DNA of 64,000 nucleotides, taken from Clostridia bacterium. Its GTDB lineage: Bacteria > Bacillota > Clostridia > Christensenellales > UBA1242. The stretch spans positions 16,016 through 80,015 of the forward strand of contig JAZNFA010000009.1 of the NCBI GenBank assembly GCA_045588915.1, given 5' to 3'. This document shows positions 31,141-39,313 of this stretch, piece by piece. Numbering within the stretch: the stretch's first letter is position 1; each line of letters opens with the position of its first letter. Under the pieces are notes generated by a model. The model ran no database searches. It was not told where the DNA came from and saw nothing but the letters and a program-made list of their open reading frames with translations. The translations under genes and the position numbers were made by a program.

Positions 31141-32628
31141 ATGGAATTAGAAGTAACCAAAGCAGCAAAAAAAGTATTATTTGTTGGGGAAGAACGCATC
31201 TGTCGTCAAGTCGCGTATGTTTTAGGTTACGAAGAATATGAATTGTTGGATGAACTTACCGAAGAAAATTATTTAAAATTTAAAGATTATGAAATTTACG
31301 TTAGTGAATTTAAACGTAAAAGTAAAAAGATTGTAGCAAAAGGTTTGTTGAAAAACAAAGAAATAAAATATTTAGAAGACATTTGCCGTGCGATTGATAA
31401 AGAATATAAAGCAAATTATAGTAGGAATAAAGCAAAAGACTTAGCTAATAGGTTAAATGTAAAATCTTTTTTTTATAATTTATTAAGGTCTTGTTGGCTT
31501 TTTATAAAAGTATTTTGTACAAAATTTTACGCAAAACGTTTTATGTATCACAAGATTAAAGATAAAAATAAATATTTTTTGCAATATTTAAAAGCTTCAG
31601 AGTTGTTTTTGTTTGTGTTATATGCGCCAATTAATAAACAAATAGAATGCTCATTATTAGAAAATCATCTATATATTAAAGATAATGGTGATGTCTTAGG
31701 GTGTTGTTCTTTCGGTTTTCCTTTTGGAAATATAATGTTTGGCGTTCTTGATGATATTTATCACAGTTTGTATGCTCGAATTGTTAAATTATCATCATTG
31801 AATAGATCTTTTTGTTTATGTGATATGAATTGCTGGCGTTCTGATTTTGGTAAAATAAATAATAATTTACCATTAAAACCAATGAAAATAGTAAAGATTC
31901 CAAAATCTATAAATATAGCAATTGATCGTAGTTGTAATTTATGTTGTAAATCTTGTAGAAATCATCGATATGTATCTAGTAATTTTCATTTAGATAAACT
32001 ACAGATATTAAATAAAAAAATTAAGGAATCCGGTTATTTGGATAAAACACAAGTATTGTATTTTGCGGGACAAGGGGAAGTTTTTTATAGTTCATATTAC
32101 CGTGAATTGTTAAAAACAGAATTAAAGCGTAAAAATATTGTAATATTATCTAATGGGACGTTATTTAATATTGATAATTGGAATTGGTTAAAAGATAAAT
32201 ACGAAACAATAGATGTTATAATCTCAGTTGATGCAGCAACAGCAAAAACTTACCGTGAACTTAGAGGTGGTGATTTTAATAATTTAATAAATAATCTTGA
32301 AATGTTGGCTAATTTACATAAACAAGGTGCAATTTGTAGTTTTAGTCTAAATTTTGTTGTACAACGCGATAACTTCCATGAAATGATTGAATTTGTAAAA
32401 TTAGGGAAAAAACTTGGTGTTGATCGTGTTGAATTTCAACGTATGAATAATTTTGGTAATCTAACTAAGAAAGTTTTTCTGAATCGTTGCTTAATTATTG
32501 ATGATAAATACCTAGACTATGAATTATGGCAAGTATTGCAAGATCCAATATTTAAAGAGCCAATTGTCGATTTAAGTGGGTTTAATCGTTATTTGGTTGC
32601 TTCGAAGGAAAAATACGAAAATAGGTAA
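31141..32628 (+). CDS. radical SAM protein with an N-terminal Cys-rich (SPASM/twitch-like) region
   Basis: SCNLCCKSC (CX3CX2C) lies at about residue 265. Upstream is DNGDVLGCCSFGFPFGNIM...FCLCDMNCW. The gene is very AT-rich. Confidence 0.7.
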   Translation: MELEVTKAAKKVLFVGEERICRQVAYVLGYEEYELLDELTEENYLKFKDYEIYVSEFKRKSKKIVAKGLLKNKEIKYLEDICRAIDKEYKANYSRNKAKDLANRLNVKSFFYNLLRSCWLFIKVFCTKFYAKRFMYHKIKDKNKYFLQYLKASELFLFVLYAPINKQIECSLLENHLYIKDNGDVLGCCSFGFPFGNIMFGVLDDIYHSLYARIVKLSSLNRSFCLCDMNCWRSDFGKINNNLPLKPMKIVKIPKSINIAIDRSCNLCCKSCRNHRYVSSNFHLDKLQILNKKIKESGYLDKTQVLYFAGQGEVFYSSYYRELLKTELKRKNIVILSNGTLFNIDNWNWLKDKYETIDVIISVDAATAKTYRELRGGDFNNLINNLEMLANLHKQGAICSFSLNFVVQRDNFHEMIEFVKLGKKLGVDRVEFQRMNNFGNLTKKVFLNRCLIIDDKYLDYELWQVLQDPIFKEPIVDLSGFNRYLVASKEKYENR

Positions 32629-32659
32629 TATTTTTGATTTACTTATTCCATACTAAAGT

Positions 32660-33382
32660 ATGCGAAAGTTTTTGTTGGCTGGTGTTTGTTGGGGGATGGC
32701 TTTGTTGGCGGCTGTGACTGGGGGTGCTGGCGAGGTTGTGAATTGGGGGTTGAGTCATAAGGGAAATGAAACTACGCCGTCGGTAAGTGCGTTGGGGGCT
32801 GGGTTATTAAAAGAGTATGACGGTTTGTATGTAGGCGACACAAGTAATAAGCAAGTTTATTTAACTTTTGATTTAGGTTACGAAGCCGGTTATACAGGCG
32901 AAGTTTTAGATCTATTAAAAGAACACCAAATCAAAGGTTTATTTTTCTTATGTGGTAATTATTTAAGTCAAACTGATTTAATTTTAAGAATGCAAAATGA
33001 AGGTCATCAGTTGGGAAATCATACGAACAAGCATCGTGATTTACCAAGCTTGGATGAAGAGGGGATCCGACGTGATATCAAGGATTTACAGTTGCCATCA
33101 AATGTTAAATTTTTTCGACCACCACAGGGGCGATTTGATGAGAAAACTTTGCGTGTAGCAAGTGAGGAAGGTTTGCGTGCTGTTTTATGGAGTTTGGCGA
33201 TTGAGGATTGGCAAAAAACACCTAAATTAAATGTTGATGCTTGTGTAGATAAAATTTTAAAACGTGTGCATTCTGGTGCGATAATGTTGTTCCATATTAC
33301 AAATCCTGGAACGCCAGAAATGTTGCGTAAGCTTGTTCCAGCATTGCAAGCGAAAGGGTACTCGTTTGGTGAACTAGCTTAA
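32660..33382 (+). CDS. pdaA: delta-lactam-biosynthetic de-N-acetylase (spore cortex polysaccharide deacetylase)
   Basis: It has a signal peptide. VNWGLSHKG, YLTFDLGYEAGYT, GNHTNKH and WSLAIEDW parallel B. subtilis PdaA. Confidence 0.8.
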   Translation: MRKFLLAGVCWGMALLAAVTGGAGEVVNWGLSHKGNETTPSVSALGAGLLKEYDGLYVGDTSNKQVYLTFDLGYEAGYTGEVLDLLKEHQIKGLFFLCGNYLSQTDLILRMQNEGHQLGNHTNKHRDLPSLDEEGIRRDIKDLQLPSNVKFFRPPQGRFDEKTLRVASEEGLRAVLWSLAIEDWQKTPKLNVDACVDKILKRVHSGAIMLFHITNPGTPEMLRKLVPALQAKGYSFGELA

Positions 33383-33924
33383 CCGATGTAAACGGGTGAA
33401 TTAAATTTCGTATCATTACTAATGACGACGTCGGCAAAGGCAAGTCGACGCAGAATGGCACATTCTCGCCTTATGTCGTGGCGGTCAATAATAAAGACTT
33501 CAACAGCTCCCCAAATAAAAACCCAAGTTGTAACTTCAAAGATTGTAATTACAAAAAAATTACCAATAAAATGTTCTGCAAAAAAATAAAGCACCATTGC
33601 TAACATACCAATAAAAAACAAGGCAAGCGATAAACGAGTGTTGGAATGAAGTTTACGTTTAGCAATGTCATATTCATCGTGAAAATGGCGATGGATTCGG
33701 CGAGTAATATCTGACCGACGTAGGTTATTGTCTTCCGTGTGGATATTGATGATAAAATTTTCTTTTGCTGGTAATGGAAAAATATGTTCAGCTTTTTCAA
33801 TTAAATAATCACTAAGTTCTGGATTGATGTTGTCATCATCATAAGTATAATTTGATAATAATTCATCAGCATTTTTAATTTTGACGTGTAAAGATAATTT
33901 ATCGTTCTGTAAATGATCTCTCAT
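33379..33924 (-). CDS. hypothetical membrane protein
   Basis: It is 181 aa with two TM segments in the C-terminal half. I recognised no motif. Confidence 0.5.
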   Translation of the reverse strand: MRDHLQNDKLSLHVKIKNADELLSNYTYDDDNINPELSDYLIEKAEHIFPLPAKENFIINIHTEDNNLRRSDITRRIHRHFHDEYDIAKRKLHSNTRLSLALFFIGMLAMVLYFFAEHFIGNFFVITIFEVTTWVFIWGAVEVFIIDRHDIRRECAILRRLAFADVVISNDTKFNSPVYIG

Positions 33925-34004
33925 ACTACATTATGAAATAACATAAGAACCTTGTCAAACGCTTGACTTTATTTTCGAAAGAGTATAGAATAACATATAA
34001 CTAT

Positions 34005-34080
34005 GGAAGTTTAGCTCAGTTGGGAGAGCAACTGCCTTACAAGCAGTAGGTCATAGGTTCGAGCCCTATAACTTCCACCA
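34005..34080 (+). tRNA. tRNA-Val (anticodon TAC), CCA encoded
   Basis: The acceptor is GGAAGTT/AACTTCC, the anticodon arm is ACTGC-CTTACAA-GCAGT, and the T-loop is TTCGAGC. Confidence 0.92.
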
Positions 34081-34169
34081 TTTAAAAATAATCCGAACCA
34101 AAACCGAATTTTAAGTGAATTATTTTTTAATATATTTACTTTTTTTGTTGCGAGTCGTATACTGTTTAT

Positions 34170-35225
34170 ATGGATAAATACTCATATAAATTACATCGTA
34201 CTCTAACAAATATAGAGAAGGGTTTTATTGATTATTATATTTTGGATAAAAACGAATTAGCTCTATATGTTGCTAGTGATGAATTTAAAGCTAAGGAACA
34301 AGGAAAGTTATCCTGTACTGATTATACAAAAGAAAATTTGGTTCATTATTTAAACGACCATTCTAAGGACCAAATTATAACTCCGGATGTTTATCGTAAA
34401 GAACAAGAAGGAAAGCATTGGGATAAAAATTGGCTTGATCAGCTCTTTGGTAAAGATTTTGAAGAAGATATAGAATCTTATAAAAGCGACTATACAGAAC
34501 GCTTTGCAGAAACTGTGATTTCTTATATGGAGAGAAAAATAAAAAACCAATTTTGGATTGAATATTTGCCTGCATATAAGACGGATATTACAAATACGAT
34601 TCAAGATTACGAGAAAATGTTAAAAGATCCTGCCACTTGTTTGGGGGAATCTGCTTACTTTGATGTTGTTTCTGATCTTTTAGAAAATAGTGTGAAAAAT
34701 GATAAAAAGAATGATAGTAGTGTTCCTTTTTATCAATTATTCCGAGAATCGTTTATTTCTATTATGAATGAGAAATTCGGAATTGATGAAAAATTAACAG
34801 AGATTAGTTTAGAAAAGAACTCACAGTTATGGCGTCCATGTGTAATGTTTGAAACTTATCAAAAAACAGTTGCGCAAAAAGGTTTACCGTATTCTGTTCC
34901 AGATAAATATAAAGAAACTTTGTTAAAAATGTTTGAGTATGAATATTATCAAGATAATAAAAAAATTATTGACGAGTTGGGTGTTGCTACTGATAATATG
35001 AAATTAAATGCAAAACAAGTTGGACGTTTGAATGCCATGATTGAAAAAATTGAGAAAAAAATAGTTAAAAAACAAGAAAAATTTTATCAAACACATTCAA
35101 AACAATCTCATACAGAAAATATGGAAATTTCGTTTAACAAGAAAAAACGAAACATTATCTTGGCAAAAGGTTTGAAAGAAGAAATAAATAACCAAAAAAA
35201 TAATGATGATGGTCGAACGATGTAA
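34170..35225 (+). CDS. hypothetical K/E-rich protein inside the tRNA-Val-associated insertion
   Basis: It is a 351-aa ORF, AT-rich, with no recognisable motif. Confidence 0.5.
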   Translation: MDKYSYKLHRTLTNIEKGFIDYYILDKNELALYVASDEFKAKEQGKLSCTDYTKENLVHYLNDHSKDQIITPDVYRKEQEGKHWDKNWLDQLFGKDFEEDIESYKSDYTERFAETVISYMERKIKNQFWIEYLPAYKTDITNTIQDYEKMLKDPATCLGESAYFDVVSDLLENSVKNDKKNDSSVPFYQLFRESFISIMNEKFGIDEKLTEISLEKNSQLWRPCVMFETYQKTVAQKGLPYSVPDKYKETLLKMFEYEYYQDNKKIIDELGVATDNMKLNAKQVGRLNAMIEKIEKKIVKKQEKFYQTHSKQSHTENMEISFNKKKRNIILAKGLKEEINNQKNNDDGRTM

Positions 35226-35240
35226 GTTTGTTACATGGGG

Positions 35241-35258
35241 AAGCAGTAGGTCATAGGT
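35241..35258 (+). repeat. 18-nt direct repeat of an internal tRNA-Val(TAC) segment (att-like)
   Basis: AAGCAGTAGGTCATAGGT is identical to 34041-34058 and lies exactly 1200 bp downstream of it. Confidence 0.8.
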
Positions 35259-35310
35259 AAATAAAGCAAAGTGGTTTGCGTTCTCGACACAAGGGGGTGT
35301 GTTATAACAA

Positions 35311-35361
35311 AAAATCCGACAAACGAACCTTGATAGTAAATCGTTTATCGGATTTTTTTTA
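35311..35361. terminator. bidirectional terminator hairpin
   Basis: AAAAAATCCGACAAACGA-loop-TCGTTTATCGGATTTTTTTT has an A-run and a T-run flanking a stem of about 13 bp. Confidence 0.65.
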
Positions 35362-35483
35362 ATGAGGTTAGTTAAACTTTTTCGTTTACTGCCTAACCCT
35401 AATAGTATTATGTGCAGGATGATAAATTTTAAACATAAAAATAATTGTTTTGAAAAAATGATAAATATGATAAAATAAGATAT

Positions 35484-35558
35484 GGGCAATTAACTCAGCG
35501 GGAGAGTATCCGCTTGACGTGCGGAAAGCCACAGGTTCGAACCCTGTATTGCCCACCA
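35484..35558 (+). tRNA. tRNA-Val (anticodon GAC), CCA encoded
   Basis: The acceptor is GGGCAAT/ATTGCCC, the anticodon arm is TCCGC-TTGACGT-GCGGA, and the T-loop is TTCGAAC. Confidence 0.92.
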
Positions 35559-35601
35559 TTCAGGAATAATCCGAACCAATATCGTTAATTGTGAGGAAAT
35601 A

Positions 35602-36231
35602 ATGGAAAATACAATTGTTTATTTGATTAGACATGCTGAAACTGTTGACGAAATGGGTATTAGAAATACGAACGAAGATTCGCAGTTAATCAATGAAAAA
35701 GAAATTTTATCGGTTGAGGGTGAAGAACAAGCTAAAAAATTAAGTGAACATAAAGAACTAAAAAATTTAGACATGATTTGGTCAAGTAGTTATACCAGGG
35801 CAAAAGCAACAGCTAAATACATAGCTCATGTTAACAATTTATCTTTTAATATAGATAATGATCTTAGTGAAAGAAAGTTAGGTAATTTAAAAGAGTTAGG
35901 TGTTTTTATGCAAGGTAAGGCTACCAGAGATCCTTCACAAGAACAACTTTTGGATAGAACTTTTAGAATTTCAGATGGTGAAAGTGCAGAACAAACTAGG
36001 GTAAGAATGAATCGGTTCTTTGATAAAATCTTGCAAGAGTCCGAAGGTCAAAGAATTGCTGTTGTTAGTCATGGTGGTTCTATTAAATTTTTCTTATTAA
36101 ATTGGTGTGAGGTGAATAAAGATGTAAGACTAGTTTATAAGAAAGAAACTGTTTTAAATATTAAGTCACCCTGTGTACTAAAATTAACTTTCAATAAAGA
36201 AGAATTAATCGATCTAGAACAACTAATTTAA
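35602..36231 (+). CDS. histidine phosphatase family protein (phosphoglycerate mutase-like)
   Basis: It has LIRHAET (RHG-type), SSSYTRA and VVSHGGSI. A GAGG SD precedes it. Confidence 0.8.
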   Translation: MENTIVYLIRHAETVDEMGIRNTNEDSQLINEKEILSVEGEEQAKKLSEHKELKNLDMIWSSSYTRAKATAKYIAHVNNLSFNIDNDLSERKLGNLKELGVFMQGKATRDPSQEQLLDRTFRISDGESAEQTRVRMNRFFDKILQESEGQRIAVVSHGGSIKFFLLNWCEVNKDVRLVYKKETVLNIKSPCVLKLTFNKEELIDLEQLI

Positions 36232-36320
36232 TAAGTGTTCTGTATGTTTGCATTAAAAAATCCACAATCGTAAATCTTTTATGAATTTTCATGAAATGGT
36301 GCTGGTGTGTACATCATAAA

Positions 36321-37202
36321 TTATTTCAAATATTTTGCATTGAGTTTGTTTTTGTAAGTTTCTACGTAGGCTTGAAGGTCATCTTCTTTGATGCCGTCGA
36401 CGTAATCGTAGTCTTTATCAAATTTACCTTCACTAGTGAAGGTAATAACCATACATACCCATTTGTGCTTTTCTGGTAATCTGGTGCGGAAAGATTTGAT
36501 TTCATTATTTAATTTCATGAGTTGTTCTTGTAGAATATCTTTTTTCCCTGCTTCTGGTTCAGGAAGTAAGTTAAAGCAATCTACATATTTACCATTTTCT
36601 AGCTTAATAAAATATTTGAAAAATCCACAGTCATCTTTATAATAACCTGCATAGAAAACAACTTCTTGCCAGCTATGTGGCAAATATTCTTGCAAAATAT
36701 TAACGACTTTTTGTGTCATTTGTTGATCTGCTTTCATGATTTTTTCAATATCAGTTTCTTTGAATTGTTTCTTTTTGAAAATATTTAATAATCCCATTTT
36801 CTTCTCCTTTGTTTTATTTTCTTTTTTTATTTGATTACTATTTTCGTATTGTTCACTCCATTTCTGATCATGTTTAGGAAATGTTTCAGTGATATCATCA
36901 ACGTTGTAATCAAAATTTATTTTTCCGTCAGCAGTTGCTTCTAAAGTAAGAATACCCCACATATCTTTAGGTAACTTTTCTTTTTCTTCGGTAAAAATGT
37001 CGCTAATCGAAAAATATAATTTTCTTAAAGTTAATTTATCATATCCTAAATTAAAACCATTGATATATCCATTTCCAAGATCTAGATAAAATTTATAAGA
37101 AATCACGTTTTTACAAAATGCAAAATATAAAGCTAGTTTGTGCCACTTCTTTTTAGTGTACTTAGTAATTACTTTTAGAATTTCTTTAACTTTGGTTTTC
37201 AT
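36321..37202 (-). CDS. tandem fusion of two YezG/DUF600-like immunity-type domains
   Basis: Both halves show the W..(V/L).(F/Y)Y(A)...W..(L/M)T(L/F)...GK(I/F).FDY pattern. An internal AAGGAG plus ATG at 36797 begins the second half. I prefer the start at 37202. Confidence 0.55.
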   Translation of the reverse strand: MKTKVKEILKVITKYTKKKWHKLALYFAFCKNVISYKFYLDLGNGYINGFNLGYDKLTLRKLYFSISDIFTEEKEKLPKDMWGILTLEATADGKINFDYNVDDITETFPKHDQKWSEQYENSNQIKKENKTKEKKMGLLNIFKKKQFKETDIEKIMKADQQMTQKVVNILQEYLPHSWQEVVFYAGYYKDDCGFFKYFIKLENGKYVDCFNLLPEPEAGKKDILQEQLMKLNNEIKSFRTRLPEKHKWVCMVITFTSEGKFDKDYDYVDGIKEDDLQAYVETYKNKLNAKYLK

Positions 37203-37216
37203 ATTTTTTCTCTTCG

Positions 37217-37912
37217 TTAAATATTTTTTTCTTGTTGTGTTTTGTGGGTGAAAATTGCTGTGGCAAGGATACATTCGGCAGGGTAATAGGTAACTAAGCA
37301 TAAAACATCAAAGACAGGGGAAAGATTGCCGAAGACGTTAAGGAGTAACATTAAGTCAGAGAAAAAGAAAAGGATACTACCCACTGCAAGAAGAATATTT
37401 TGGGGTGTTGGTTGAGTGACCAAATTGGCAATACTTTTACCGACCATTAAAGAAATAATGAGCGCATAGGCGATGACGATAATTTGCATTAACAAGCCAC
37501 CGAAATCAAAAATTGGCACAAATAAGATTAAAATGATTGCCGGAATAAAAATGGCAAGTCCGTAAATTAAATCACTTGGTTTGAATTTTTGGACAAAATT
37601 ATAAGCAACGAAATACCAAATATGACCAACGGCGAAGAGTAGTGCGCCAACGATAAATTCAATGTTTAATAAAATATCGCCTAACATCGCAAAGAAAAGT
37701 CCGATTGTCATAATGATGGGAAAATGTAATGCTTGACGTTTGGTGATGATGACGTAGGTTAAATTAACAAGTCCGAGCAGGACAAAGAAAATACTGGTTA
37801 TGGCTTTGATTGCCAGGCCACCCAAAGTAATATAGCAAATATCACCTAACACGACGGCGAATATCAAGGCAATATTCAATGGTAAGATAATGTTGCGAAA
37901 AATGTTTTTCAT
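37217..37912 (-). CDS. YhhN-family (lysoplasmalogenase-like) membrane protein
   Basis: It is polytopic, with FFAMLGDILLN...FAVGHIWYF...FFFSDLMLL. Confidence 0.65.
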   Translation of the reverse strand: MKNIFRNIILPLNIALIFAVVLGDICYITLGGLAIKAITSIFFVLLGLVNLTYVIITKRQALHFPIIMTIGLFFAMLGDILLNIEFIVGALLFAVGHIWYFVAYNFVQKFKPSDLIYGLAIFIPAIILILFVPIFDFGGLLMQIIVIAYALIISLMVGKSIANLVTQPTPQNILLAVGSILFFFSDLMLLLNVFGNLSPVFDVLCLVTYYPAECILATAIFTHKTQQEKNI

Positions 37913-37936
37913 TTTAACTCCTTTTAAATTTTTGGT

Positions 37937-39313
37937 TTATTTGACAAATGATTTGATGAGTTTGGTTTTGCTTTTGGTATATGGTTGATAACGTAATGGT
38001 AAATCTAACCACGTTTTTTTGTCAACGATGGATTTGATGTGCGAGAACGTTTCAAAGCCTGTTTTGCCGTGGTAACTTCCGATGCCACTGTGCTTTAAGC
38101 CACCAAACGGCATCGCTGATGTTGCTAAGTGAATAATACAATCATTCACACAGCCACCACCAAAGTCGCACGTTGTCAGGGCTTTGTCAATACGGCGTTG
38201 GTTAGATGAAAAAATGTAGAAAGCTAACGGGTGGTGATATTGGTTAATAATTTGTAAAGCTTCATCAAAATTGTCAAAAGTTACAATTGGTAAGATTGGA
38301 CCAAATATTTCTTCTTGCATCGCTGGACTGTCGAAAGTTGCTTCCAATAATGTCGGTTCGATTTTTAAAGTTTGGGTATTGAAGCGACCACCAAAAATTA
38401 AATTGTCATCTGTAATTAAATTTTTGGATGCGTCAAATTGTTTTTGGTTAATCATTTTAGGGTAGTCTGGATTGCGAAGGGGTGATACTGAATATTGCAA
38501 AACAATCTGACGTTGTATTTCGTGAATAAGTTGAGCTTTAATCGAACTGTGGCAAAGTAAATAATCAGGAGCTACACAAGTTTGTCCACAATTTAAAAAT
38601 TTGCCGAAAACAATGCGTTTTGCTGCCAATTTAATATTGGCTGTTTCGTCAACAAGACAGGGACTTTTGCCGCCGAGTTCCAAAGTAACCGATGTGAAAT
38701 TTTCTGCGGCTTTTTGCATAACAATCTTACCTACACGCGTACTGCCGGTGAAGAAAATATGGTCAAAGTCTAAATCAAGCAAGAACGAACATTCTTCACG
38801 TCCACCAAGGACAGTTAAGACTTCATTTTGCGTGAATGTCATTTTTATCAGTTTTTGGATAATGGCACTAACGTGGGGCGAGTGTTCGCTGGGTTTTAAA
38901 ACAATACAGTTTCCAGCTGCAATCGCGTCAACCAATGGTTCGATAGATAACATAAATGGATAGTTCCATGGACTGATAATCAAAACTTGACCTTTGGGAC
39001 AAGGTAAGCGAAATGACTTAGCAGGAAATTGAGCCAAAGGTGTTGCCACTTTTTTGGGTTTAGCAAAACGTTTAACGTGTTTCTTCATATATGAAATTTC
39101 GCTGAGTACCATTCCGATTTCTGTCATATAACTTTCGGTTGCGCTTTTGTTTAAATCAAGATAGAGCGCTGCACAAATTTCATCTTGTAATTTAACAATG
39201 TTTTGATAAAGGTCTCGTAATTTTTGAACACGATAATTTGGGTTTCTTAATTGGCAGTTAAGCATATTTTTACGTTGTTCGATGTAAGCATTATAAATCA
39301 ATTCGTTATCCAT
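37937..39313 (-). CDS. aldehyde dehydrogenase (class 3-like)
   Basis: It has ELGGKSP, GQTCVAPDY (catalytic Cys) and EEIFGP. Confidence 0.9.
   Translation of the reverse strand: MDNELIYNAYIEQRKNMLNCQLRNPNYRVQKLRDLYQNIVKLQDEICAALYLDLNKSATESYMTEIGMVLSEISYMKKHVKRFAKPKKVATPLAQFPAKSFRLPCPKGQVLIISPWNYPFMLSIEPLVDAIAAGNCIVLKPSEHSPHVSAIIQKLIKMTFTQNEVLTVLGGREECSFLLDLDFDHIFFTGSTRVGKIVMQKAAENFTSVTLELGGKSPCLVDETANIKLAAKRIVFGKFLNCGQTCVAPDYLLCHSSIKAQLIHEIQRQIVLQYSVSPLRNPDYPKMINQKQFDASKNLITDDNLIFGGRFNTQTLKIEPTLLEATFDSPAMQEEIFGPILPIVTFDNFDEALQIINQYHHPLAFYIFSSNQRRIDKALTTCDFGGGCVNDCIIHLATSAMPFGGLKHSGIGSYHGKTGFETFSHIKSIVDKKTWLDLPLRYQPYTKSKTKLIKSFVK

Noticed and set aside
33379-33382. Convergent genes pdaA and the 33379 ORF share a palindromic TTAA as overlapping stop codons.
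   Set aside because: It is real but trivial. It reflects tight packing rather than a functional element, and no terminator hairpin fits between the genes.
35097-35489. A 130-aa minus-strand ORF spanning the tRNA-fragment repeat, a terminator and the start of tRNA-Val(GAC).
   Set aside because: It overlaps a tRNA, a bidirectional terminator and the end of the 34170 ORF, so it is almost certainly non-coding.
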